Shown: in pieces, positions 41,789-51,451 of the stretch
How the letters are laid out: each line of letters begins with the position of its first letter
Position numbering within the stretch: the first letter of the stretch is position 1
Source: Candidatus Hydrothermales bacterium
GTDB taxonomy: Bacteria; Hydrothermota; Hydrothermia; Hydrothermales; JAJRUZ01
DNA length: 64,000 nucleotides
Assembly (NCBI GenBank): GCA_039630575.1
Contig: JBCNUW010000002.1
Coordinates: 32,001 to 96,000 of the forward strand
Direction: 5' to 3'
Made by a program: the position numbers and the translations under genes
Notes under the pieces: generated by a model
The model's input: only the letters and a program-made list of their open reading frames with translations
The model's database searches: none
Told to the model about the DNA's origin: nothing

Positions 41789-43548
41789 TTACTCAATAAG
41801 ACTTTTATTTTTTTTCTATTTTTTTCTTATTCCTTCTGTATATCCTATCTGTTTAAATACAATTTTCCCATTTTTATCAATTATTAAATGAGTTGGAAGA
41901 AAAGAGATATTCAATTTTTTGTGAAGGCGAGTATCATTGATTGCCATAATATATTTAAAATCTTTCTTTTTTAGAAAATTTTCTATTTTTTTTTCCTTTT
42001 CTCGTGTAACTGCAATGAATATAACTTTCTTATCATTCTTGAATTTTTCAACTAACTCATTAAGTTCAGGTATTTCTTCTCTACAAGGTTCACATCCTGT
42101 ACTCCAAAAATTTAAAACTATTACTTTATCTTTGTTTTCTTTATATCTAAATATACTTCCATCAAGTAAAGTTAATTCAAAATCAGTAACTTTTTTACTT
42201 TTTTAAAGACTTCTTTTTCTAACCTTTTTATTTCCTTTTCATAGTCTTTTCCACAAACTTTTTTCAGAGAATCTATTTGAGATGCTTCACCATGATAAAA
42301 TACTAAATAGGCATAAGCAAGTTTTGATTTTTCAATTTCACCTTTTTTATATGTAATTCTTGCATATTTATTTAAGATCCATGGTTCAACTTGTGTAAAA
42401 TCTTTATTTTCAACTATTTCCTTTATATAAAAATAGGCAGAATCAATCTTATTATCATTAAGATAGAGAGAAGATGCCTCAAAGTATATATCTTTTTTTA
42501 TCTCCTTAATAATTATTTGGTATATTTTTTAAATTCCCTATAAAAATTTTTATGATTAATGGAAGAAAGAGAATGAAAGGCAAAAGATTTCCTTATATAA
42601 CAAGGATCATATAAAAGTTCTTTTGCTTTATGTAACCACTCATATAAAGGTTTATAATCTTTTCCTTTTAAAGCCCACCTTGCCATACTTACATAAGAGA
42701 CAGTCCCTTCTAAATCTTCAAATCCCTCTTTTTCTCTTTCTTTAATCCATTTGATAAGACTTTCAGGTTGAAAATCTGGAAATAGAAGTTTTTGTCTTGA
42801 GAAAACTCTAAAATCTTGTATTAATGGATCAAGTTTTTTGTTTTTAGATATGAAAGAAGTTCATCGGGGTTATTTTTCAAAAGATAATTTATTTTAATTG
42901 CAATTTTGTATTTATCTTCTTTAAGATTTTCAACATTCTTTAAAATTTCCTTCATTAAAATTGAATCTTTTAGAACCCAATTACTTGTAAGGTATGTGGC
43001 ATGTAAAAAAGAAGGATTATTCTTTTCTTTTTCAAGATTATTTATTATTTCATTTTTTATATCTTCAGCTCTTTTCTTTCCAAGTTTCAAAGTGAAATTA
43101 AAGAGATTATCCATAAAATCATAATTTTCTCTGTGATATTTTTTTCTTTTAACCAAAGTGAATCAAATTTTTGAAAATTTGGAAAAAGAGAAGTCTCATT
43201 AAAATAGAAAAAGCCGAGCAATTAAAGAGCATGTGGTAACGGTGTATTTTCTTTATAATAAATTATATAAAAGTTTGGGTCAAAAATAAACTTGCCTTTT
43301 TTATCTTCAAAGAAAAATATAATGAGAGCAGTATTTTTATCAAAGGATGTTAAGGAAATTCTATTTTGGTTATAAATTTTTTCCACATGGGGAATAAGTC
43401 TATAAGGGTCACCACCTGAAATTTCAATCCTCCAGAAATAACCTGAAAATATTTTAGATAAATTTATTGTAATTTTATCACCTGGATTCGGTTTTTCCGG
43501 CTCTATTTGTAAATTTAAATTGAATATCAAAAATATTAAAAAGCTCAA
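41789..43548 (-). pseudogene. Frameshifted TlpA-family thiol-disulfide oxidoreductase with long N-terminal extension
   Basis: C-terminal fragment FWSTGCEPCREEIPELN...LPTHLIIDKNGKIVFKQIG ends at TAA 41789; upstream pieces are ORFs 43222-43548 and 42821-43156. Confidence 0.75.
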
Positions 43549-44019
43549 AAAAATTATAAATTTAAAAAAAAGAGATTTTCAACTCGAGTTAGCTCATCAA
43601 AAATCTAACCGAAATTTTGTTTAAATTAACAAACAGTTCAAAAATGTATAAAAAGAAAAAAGATTTGCGAATAAAAAAATATTATGATAAACAAACACCC
43701 TTATCAAAATATTGTGGAATCACTTCTTATAAAAAATAAAGACCATATTTATCCCATGTTTGCCAACTTAACTTAAAAAAATTTAAGAACAGTCATTTTT
43801 ATTTTTATCTTGTTCCTGCCTAAAAATATTTTCCTTTTTATCTCTTTTTTTAAAAATTAAAAATTATTGAAAAATAAAAGATTTTTAAAATAATAAAAAC
43901 TCAAAAATTTTCATAGTAAAAATGGCAAACATAGGCTAATCAAACAATTTTCTTAACTTTTTTGATTTTAATATTTTCTGATTTATTTATTCTTACCCCT
44001 TTAGTTTGTAAATTTGTAT

Positions 44020-44853
44020 TTATTTGTTTTTTAGATGCTTTAAAAACTCTTTTATCTCTTCATAAATATATATTCTCTTTTCAAATACCTTATTTTTATA
44101 GTATTCAAACCACGGAATCTTTTCTTCCTTTATTTTACCTTTATAAAATTTTAATTTTTCAGTTGAAATGAAGTTGAGAGTTTTATTCTTAAGTACAATC
44201 CATCCGTCCTCACAAAAACACCATTTTGAAAAGTCCACCTCACCTTTTGTGGATAAAAAATATTTAATAAAAGAATATTCTTTAAGTTTCTTATTTTCTT
44301 TGATGAAATTTTTCACCTTATCAAAAGTCTCAATCACCCGTTTCTCTATCTGGTATATTTTAGGAGTTACACTAACTATTAAATCGATTAATTCTACTAC
44401 ATTATTTTTATGAACATTTCTAAAATACTCTACAAATTGAAAAAACAATTCTTGCATCTTAGGTTCAAGAAGAACAAAATTTAAATACTGTGGTAATTTT
44501 AAGTCAATTCCCCCATCTTTTGAAAAAGAAGCAAGTGTATCTTTTCTATTAAAAAAGGAGATCAGAAGTTCAATTTCTACCCATTCTCCTATGGAAAAAT
44601 AAAAGAAACTTCGCTCCTCTGAGCGTATTCCTAACTCAATAGAAGATATTGCTCCTTTTAAGGGTATCTCATATTTAGGAGAAACAGAATCTGCTTTCCA
44701 TTTAATTATTTCTTCTAAAGGAATATTATTTTTTTCTAATAATTCCTTTACTTTTTCACTGTATTTTTTCAACCTCTTTTGCATTTCTTTGGGAGTTTTA
44801 TATACTACAGGTGGCATAAACCCTTTTCTGTGAGCTATCTTAATCCTTATCAT
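44020..44853 (-). CDS. Hypothetical protein
   Basis: 277 aa ORF with GAGGT RBS; no recognised motif. Confidence 0.65.
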   Translation of the reverse strand: MIRIKIAHRKGFMPPVVYKTPKEMQKRLKKYSEKVKELLEKNNIPLEEIIKWKADSVSPKYEIPLKGAISSIELGIRSEERSFFYFSIGEWVEIELLISFFNRKDTLASFSKDGGIDLKLPQYLNFVLLEPKMQELFFQFVEYFRNVHKNNVVELIDLIVSVTPKIYQIEKRVIETFDKVKNFIKENKKLKEYSFIKYFLSTKGEVDFSKWCFCEDGWIVLKNKTLNFISTEKLKFYKGKIKEEKIPWFEYYKNKVFEKRIYIYEEIKEFLKHLKNK

Positions 44854-44989
44854 TTTTACCTCTTTTTAGTTGAGTTTTTAAACTCTCTTCCTTTGCGGTA
44901 AAAATAAAATGTTATAAATATAACCATAAAGCAATATTCTATAGATTGTCAAAATTATTTAAATTATTTCCTTATTTACCTCTTTTCAA

Positions 44990-47050
44990 TCACAAATAAC
45001 TCGCATAGCCATCGGTATAAAGTTTATAAAGCATTTCTAAAACCTTTCTGGCTGTATGGGGAAATTTAAATTGTATTTTTTCCTTGTGTTGCTTTTCATA
45101 TTTTTCTAAAAATTCATTTATGCCTAAAACATGATTTTTTTCTGTAATTTCCTTTATTTTTTTAATATTTTCTTCTTTTATTTCCTTTGTCTCTGGCTCC
45201 ATACACCAATACAGCACCTTTAAAAGTGGTTCTTCAAGTTTTGCTCTATTTCCATGGAATTTGGGAAGAACTTTCATTAAAATGGCAAGGTCAATTATTT
45301 CTTCGTCATTTTCAAAGGAGATTATACTTTCTTTCTTAGCTTCTATCGCATTTTTATAAAACAAAGCAATTTCGTCAATAACACGATAGGCAAAATGAAG
45401 ACCATAAGGTTCAAGGATTTGAGATAAATTTTTTAAATTTTCAAAATAAGGGAACGCTTCTATCGCTTCTTTTATCCTATTTTTATCTGGATATGCCTTT
45501 AAAAATTTACCATTTAGTATAAAGTCGTCTTTAATTTTTTTGCTAATTTCCGTTATTGATTCCTTTTCTTCTTTTTCCAAATTTTCTTTATATTTATCAA
45601 AATCAACTTCTTTGAATTCAATCGTGAATGCTCTATCTAAAACTTTTGGAGAAAACATAAAGGTTGTTTCATCAATATTTACGGTTCCAATAAAGTATAA
45701 ATTTGGTGGAAGTTTTAAATCTATTATATTTTCTTTTGTGTTATAGCCTGCCTGTTCTAAGAGTTCAAATAGTTTCTTTTGTACTTCTTTTTGTTTATCA
45801 ATATCTTTACCTGAAATTTGGATCTTAATTCCTTCTTTTGTAAAGCCATCTTCATCTCTTCCACTTTCAAGAACACTTAAAAATTCAGCAAAATAATATT
45901 CAACTCTTGCAAGGTTCATTTCGTCAAGGATTACAAAATATGGTAAAGCTTTATCTTTGTTTTCTTTATAATCTATAATTGCCTCCAAAATAAATCTTAA
46001 GAACTGTGTCGGCTCTTCAAATCTATTCATAATTGGATTATAATACCCAAGCAATGATTTTGAATCTTTCCAATCAGGTCGGACGGAGAGGAAGAAAGAT
46101 TTATTACCAAATATTTCAACAAAAATCTGTGCCATTTTAGTTTTTCCTATTCCAGATAATCCAGCAAGGATAACAAATCCTTTTGTTTTTAAGGCAGTGT
46201 AAAAAGAAGAGATTTGATTATTTTGAAAAAGGAATTTTTTACAACTAAAATATTCTTTTAATATGCTATTCCCCATTTTATGGTGATTTTTATTTAAATT
46301 TAATTCTTTAAACACATTTTCAATTGTCCTCAGTATTCTTTCTATTTCCTCTTTTTCTTCTTCCCTTGTTATTGTTTTAAAAAGAGCTTTATGCTTTTCA
46401 ATTGCTTTTCTCAAAATTTTATTAACATTTTCATTATCTATGTATATGAAAGTTTGTTTAACGGATATTTGTTGCTTTTCTTCTTTTTTAGTTTTTGAAT
46501 ATACATCTTTAAAGTCATCTTCATCTAAAAATCCACCATAATGATAAAATCTTATCGCGTTTTCTTTTTTGCATTTCACACACAAAGGGATAGTTTTTAC
46601 ATTCTTTTTTTTCAATTCCGAAAGCCACTCCTTTTCTACTTTTTCAATTTCAATTTCTATCGGTTTTATAAATTGGGGTTCGTACATAAACCCCACAATC
46701 CATTTTCTTTTTTCACCCATATTGAATTTTTCTCTTTCTATTTTAGGTACACCTCCTTGGACAATCCAAAAGAGAATTTTTACTTCTTCTTGAGGTTGTT
46801 TCCCTATTAAATGTTGAGCAAAGCTATATCTAAATCCATCTATCTCTAAGGAAGACGCGAAATTCCAACTTTCAAAAGGAATAGGGGGTTCATATCCTGA
46901 GTATCCAAATCCGCCTGCTGTCCTTTCTGCCTCCTTTTTCAGTTCATCATAGTTATCAGGAAAACCTTCCCATAATTTTTCACCACACCAGGCTATTCGT
47001 ACTACTATTCCCGCCTTTTCCTGCTTATTATTTTTCATCTTATCTTTCAT
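44990..47050 (-). CDS. mcrB: McrB-family AAA+ GTPase with unrecognised N-terminal domain (start reassigned to ATG 47050)
   Basis: GLSGIGKT, VRPDW.D...LLGYYN, LDEMNLARVEYYFA, GTVNIDETT..FSPKVLDRA, KVLPKFHG; GGAGG RBS. Confidence 0.88.
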   Translation of the reverse strand: MKDKMKNNKQEKAGIVVRIAWCGEKLWEGFPDNYDELKKEAERTAGGFGYSGYEPPIPFESWNFASSLEIDGFRYSFAQHLIGKQPQEEVKILFWIVQGGVPKIEREKFNMGEKRKWIVGFMYEPQFIKPIEIEIEKVEKEWLSELKKKNVKTIPLCVKCKKENAIRFYHYGGFLDEDDFKDVYSKTKKEEKQQISVKQTFIYIDNENVNKILRKAIEKHKALFKTITREEEKEEIERILRTIENVFKELNLNKNHHKMGNSILKEYFSCKKFLFQNNQISSFYTALKTKGFVILAGLSGIGKTKMAQIFVEIFGNKSFFLSVRPDWKDSKSLLGYYNPIMNRFEEPTQFLRFILEAIIDYKENKDKALPYFVILDEMNLARVEYYFAEFLSVLESGRDEDGFTKEGIKIQISGKDIDKQKEVQKKLFELLEQAGYNTKENIIDLKLPPNLYFIGTVNIDETTFMFSPKVLDRAFTIEFKEVDFDKYKENLEKEEKESITEISKKIKDDFILNGKFLKAYPDKNRIKEAIEAFPYFENLKNLSQILEPYGLHFAYRVIDEIALFYKNAIEAKKESIISFENDEEIIDLAILMKVLPKFHGNRAKLEEPLLKVLYWCMEPETKEIKEENIKKIKEITEKNHVLGINEFLEKYEKQHKEKIQFKFPHTARKVLEMLYKLYTDGYASYL

Positions 47051-48668
47051 TTTTTCCTCCTTTTTCTGGCAGCATTTTACACCATCCAATTCCTTTTATA
47101 TTATTTTTTAAAATTTCTTCTACATATTCCTTCAAATTTTGGAATTTTTTATTTTCTCCATTTTCTTTATAAAAATTGCTTTCTTTACCTGGATATAATA
47201 TTATACATGCCTTTGTTTTTAAAGCATCTTTATAGGCATACATTTTAATTATGTTCCCGGTTTTTGGAAACTCTCCCTCTTTTTCTGCCTCTTCATACTC
47301 GTCTTTTTCATCTCTTTCTATTTGATATTCAAAAGCGAATTTAGCATCAAGAATTAATAGTAGATTTTTATTTTTATATATTGAAAAATCTGGTCTTAAA
47401 GGTAGGGTAGAATAACTTAAGGTGGTATATTGAGATTCTAGTTCGTATTCTTCTCCATTTAAGTCAAATTTAAAATTAAGTCTAAAATTTTCTGGAATCT
47501 TTTTTTGAGGAATTATTTTAATTTCTTTCGCATTCAAAAGATTGCATAACTCCAAAGCGCACCAAAACTCATAAAGTTCATAGACTTTTCTCAAATTTAT
47601 TGCTTCCTCAATCCTTTCAAACGGTTTACTTGCAAAAAGATATTTTAAATAAAGAGTAAATAATTCTCTATAACCATCTCTCATCCTTAAAACTGTTGAA
47701 GTTTGAGGAAATATATAAAGTTCTCCAACTTCTTCCCATAACGGGTCTTTTAAAAAATCATCAATTAACCCCTTTATTTCAATAATTTCTTTAAAGGTTT
47801 CCTTTTCAATTTTTGTAAATAAATTTTCAATATCTTGTGAAAGAATTTTAAGGAAATATAAAATGAACCTATTTTCAGAATTATCAAGAGATTCATATTT
47901 TAAAGGTGATAAAACTTTTATTGGTGCATAATATTTTCCTTCAACTTCAAAACCGTAGCTTTCTGTTTGGTAAAGAAATTGTGGATTTGTTAAAATATTA
48001 TAGATTGTGTCTGCATCAATTTCAGAAACTTTATTTATTTCAACAAATTCTTTTTCTTCTTTTAAAATTCTATAGGGGTTTGCCCTTATTAAATTTAAAG
48101 CACTTTTAAGTTCTTCTTTATTATTTTTTAAAAAGAAAAATGTAAAAAGCGGAGTAGAATGTCTTGAAGAAATATAAGACGAGGGAGCAAAAGTAGGTGA
48201 GATTATATCAAATGGTAAAGCTGCAATATGCTCCCATATTGAAGAAACAATATTCTTATAAAATTTTGGGTAAAAAAGAGGGTCTTGTTCCTCTGTTTTT
48301 AATTTTTTAGAAATAACTTCAACAGGAATTGAAATTTTTTCACTATTTTTCTTTAAAATAATCTCCGATTTTCCAATATAGTTTTTAAAAGGACAGTCTT
48401 TCGTTTTTGTTATTTTATTATTATTTTTATCTCTTACTATTTCAGTATTTCCAAATTTATCTAATTCCCATCCATTACTACTTTCAAACTCATAAATCCA
48501 TAAGTTAGAAAATTTAGGATAATTTTTTAAATTAACTAATTCAATTTTACCTTTTAAAGTCCCGAGTATTTCCCCTTTTTTCTCAATCTCTATTTCATTC
48601 TTAACTCCTTCTTTTCTTTTAAATTTGAAATCATTAAATTCAATCTCCTTTATATTAATTTCCCCCAT
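47040..48668 (-). CDS. mcrC: McrC-like DUF2357 / PD-(D/E)XK nuclease
   Basis: F.NYIG, VEV.SKKL, DNSENRFI, LYEFWC, LRPD, LDAKF and KM.AYKDAL motifs. Confidence 0.85.
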   Translation of the reverse strand: MGEINIKEIEFNDFKFKRKEGVKNEIEIEKKGEILGTLKGKIELVNLKNYPKFSNLWIYEFESSNGWELDKFGNTEIVRDKNNNKITKTKDCPFKNYIGKSEIILKKNSEKISIPVEVISKKLKTEEQDPLFYPKFYKNIVSSIWEHIAALPFDIISPTFAPSSYISSRHSTPLFTFFFLKNNKEELKSALNLIRANPYRILKEEKEFVEINKVSEIDADTIYNILTNPQFLYQTESYGFEVEGKYYAPIKVLSPLKYESLDNSENRFILYFLKILSQDIENLFTKIEKETFKEIIEIKGLIDDFLKDPLWEEVGELYIFPQTSTVLRMRDGYRELFTLYLKYLFASKPFERIEEAINLRKVYELYEFWCALELCNLLNAKEIKIIPQKKIPENFRLNFKFDLNGEEYELESQYTTLSYSTLPLRPDFSIYKNKNLLLILDAKFAFEYQIERDEKDEYEEAEKEGEFPKTGNIIKMYAYKDALKTKACIILYPGKESNFYKENGENKKFQNLKEYVEEILKNNIKGIGWCKMLPEKGGKNER

Positions 48669-48724
48669 TTAAATAAAATTAGATAGGAGAAAAAATTAAA
48701 AAAACAATTATATTTCAAACCTTT

Positions 48725-51451
48725 TTAACTTCTTCCTTCTATCTTCTCAATTCTTACTGCGCATGCCTTAAATTCAGGAATCCTTGCTACTGGATCTAAG
48801 ATAGGATTTGTTAATATATTTGCATTTGTCTCTTTAAAATGAAAAGATATAAAAACAACTCCTTTTTTTGGTCTATCAGAAACTCTTGCATTTATTTCTA
48901 TACTCCCTCTTCTACTTTTTACCCTTATAAGTTCCCCATCCTTTATATTCAATCTTTCAGCATCCTCTCTTGATATTTCTACATAATTTTTTGGTACAAA
49001 GGATTCAAGCGTTTTCACTCTTTTAGTTTCACTTCTTCCATGATAATGATAAAGAATTCTTCCTGTTGTTAGGATAAACGGATATTCTTCACAGGGCAAT
49101 TCTTCTGACTCTATATATTCCACAGGGCTAAATATTGCTTTACCACTTGGTGTTTTAAATTTACCTCCCTCATAAAGTATTTCAGTTCCAGGATGATTTT
49201 CTGAAGGACAGGGCCATTGAATTCCGCCTCTTTCAAGTCTTTTATAGGTAATCCCTGCATAGGAAGGTGCAACCCTTCTTATCTCTTCCATAATTTCAAG
49301 AGGATTTTTATATTCCATTTTGTATCCCATTGCTTTGGCAATTAAAGATAAAATTTCCCAATCGTATTTTGTTCCTTCTGGTTTTTCCCTTGCAGGTCTT
49401 ATTAGTTGAACTCTTCTTTCAGTATTTGTAAATGTTCCATCCTTTTCATAAGCAGATGCAGCGGGAAGTATTACATGAGCAAGTTCTGCTGTCTCTGAAA
49501 GAAATATTTCCTGAACTACAATAAATTCAAGTTTTTTCAAAGCTTTTTCTAAAGTATTTAAATCTGGATGTGTCATTAAAGGATTCCCACCCATAACATA
49601 CATAGCTTTAATTTTTCCTTTTGAAATATAATGAGTAAGTTCTGAAACAAATATTCCAGGACTTGTAGGTAATTTAACATTCCATTCTTTTTCAAATTTC
49701 TCTATAACTAACTGATCTGTTATTCTTTGATTGCCAGGTAAATAAGTAGGTAGAGCTCCCATATCACAGGCACCTTGAACATTTGCCTGTCCCCGCAGTG
49801 GCATAATTCCATTACCCTTACTTCCTATATGTCCTGTTAAAAGTGTAAGGTTTGCAATACTTAAAACAGCATCTGTTCCTGTTGCATGCTGTGTTATTCC
49901 CATTGTATAGAAAATCATTGCTTTTTCAGCACTTCCATAGATTTCTGCTGCTTTTTCTATTAAATCTTTATCAACACCAGTAATTTTTGAAACAAGCTCA
50001 AGATCATACTTTGGAATAACTTTTAAGAATTCTTCAAAACCTTCTGTATTTTCTTCTATAAATTTTTTATTTACATATCCTTTATCTATTATCACTTTCA
50101 TTATTCCATTTAAAAGTGCTACATCTGTTCCCGGATAATGTTGGATGTATATATCTGCATATTCAGCAAGGTTTATTCTTCTTGGGTCACATACAATAAG
50201 TTTTGCTCCATCCTTTTTATGCTTTTTAACTAATTGGGCAATAACAGGATGTGTTTCTGTCATATTTGAGCCTATCACAAACATAACCTCTGTATTTTTA
50301 ATATCTTCAATAGGGTTTGTTGCAGCACCTGCACCGAGCACTTTACTAAGGGCAGCAACACTTGGTGCATGACATAATCTCGCACAGTTATCAATATTAT
50401 TTGTTCCAATTACTGCACGAGCAAATTTCTGTAAAACATAATTATCTTCATTTGTGCATCTTGAAGAACTAAGGAATGTTATTGAATCAGGACCATATCT
50501 TTCCTTAATTTCCTTTAATCTTTTTGCAACATAATTTATAGCCTCTTCCCATTCTATCTCTTTAAAAATTCCATTTTCTTTTATAAGTGGCTTTGTTAAT
50601 CTTTCGTTACTATTTGCATATTCAAATCCGTATCTACCTTTAACACAGAGCCTACCTTTATTAACTGGTGAATCTTCTTTTCCTTTAGCCATAACAATAT
50701 TATTATTTTCATCAGTATAAAGAATAACTTCGCATCCCACACCGCAATAAGCACAAACTGTTTCTGTTTTTTTAAAGTGAAAAATTTTCCCTTTTCTTAT
50801 CCTTGTTTTTTCAATTAAAGCACCTGTTGGGCAAGCTTGAACACATATCCCACAGAACTCGCACTCAGTATCTTCAATTGGTAATTCAAAAGGTGTATTT
50901 ATTTTAGTTTTATAACCTCTACCTACAACGCTTATGGTATTAACTACCGCCATATTCTTACAAGCATTTATGCACCTTCTACATAGGATACATTTTTCAG
51001 GATAAAATTTTATGAATGAATTTATCTCCCATGCTTTTGTTTCTTTATAAAAGATTTTTACTTTTTCAAAAAATCTACTATTTGAAATACTATATTTATA
51101 AGCAAGATCCTGTAAAAGGCAATCACCATCAGCCTCACAGGTTATACATTCGGGTAAATGGATTGACAAAATAAATTCAAGGTTCATTTTTCTTACTTTA
51201 TGAATTTTTTCACTATCTGTAATTATTTCCATTCCATCTTTTATTTCAGTTATACAGGCTCTTTGGAGACTTTTAAATCCTTTTATTTCAACAACACATA
51301 TTCCACAACTTCCTTCTTCTGAAATTTCTTTTAAAAAGCAGAGTGTAGGAATAAAAATCCCTATTTTTTTACAAGCATCTACTATTTTTATGCCTTGAGG
51401 AAAAAGATATTCTTTACCATTTATCTTTACATTTATATATTTTTCATTCAT
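48725..51451 (-). CDS. fdhF: Formate dehydrogenase alpha subunit (Mo/W-bisPGD, Cys-type, N-terminal Fe-S domains)
   Basis: IPTLC..CGIC..C; H...C..C.....C; two CxxCxxC clusters; CAYCGVGC; NCARLCHAPS; RGQANVQG; PEFKACA. Confidence 0.92.
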   Translation of the reverse strand: MNEKYINVKINGKEYLFPQGIKIVDACKKIGIFIPTLCFLKEISEEGSCGICVVEIKGFKSLQRACITEIKDGMEIITDSEKIHKVRKMNLEFILSIHLPECITCEADGDCLLQDLAYKYSISNSRFFEKVKIFYKETKAWEINSFIKFYPEKCILCRRCINACKNMAVVNTISVVGRGYKTKINTPFELPIEDTECEFCGICVQACPTGALIEKTRIRKGKIFHFKKTETVCAYCGVGCEVILYTDENNNIVMAKGKEDSPVNKGRLCVKGRYGFEYANSNERLTKPLIKENGIFKEIEWEEAINYVAKRLKEIKERYGPDSITFLSSSRCTNEDNYVLQKFARAVIGTNNIDNCARLCHAPSVAALSKVLGAGAATNPIEDIKNTEVMFVIGSNMTETHPVIAQLVKKHKKDGAKLIVCDPRRINLAEYADIYIQHYPGTDVALLNGIMKVIIDKGYVNKKFIEENTEGFEEFLKVIPKYDLELVSKITGVDKDLIEKAAEIYGSAEKAMIFYTMGITQHATGTDAVLSIANLTLLTGHIGSKGNGIMPLRGQANVQGACDMGALPTYLPGNQRITDQLVIEKFEKEWNVKLPTSPGIFVSELTHYISKGKIKAMYVMGGNPLMTHPDLNTLEKALKKLEFIVVQEIFLSETAELAHVILPAASAYEKDGTFTNTERRVQLIRPAREKPEGTKYDWEILSLIAKAMGYKMEYKNPLEIMEEIRRVAPSYAGITYKRLERGGIQWPCPSENHPGTEILYEGGKFKTPSGKAIFSPVEYIESEELPCEEYPFILTTGRILYHYHGRSETKRVKTLESFVPKNYVEISREDAERLNIKDGELIRVKSRRGSIEINARVSDRPKKGVVFISFHFKETNANILTNPILDPVARIPEFKACAVRIEKIEGRS

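Noticed and set aside
38440..44000. Stop-codon reassignment as the cause of fragmented ORFs
   Set aside because: TAA, TAG and TGA all end conserved genes at the expected positions, and the relics contain frameshifts as well as stops.
44990..48668. CoCoNuT-type McrBC system
   Set aside because: No long coiled-coil protein, SF1 helicase or HEPN partner is visible next to the pair.
50360..50400. Selenocysteine in FdhF
   Set aside because: The active-site codon is TGT (CARLCH) and the ORF is uninterrupted.
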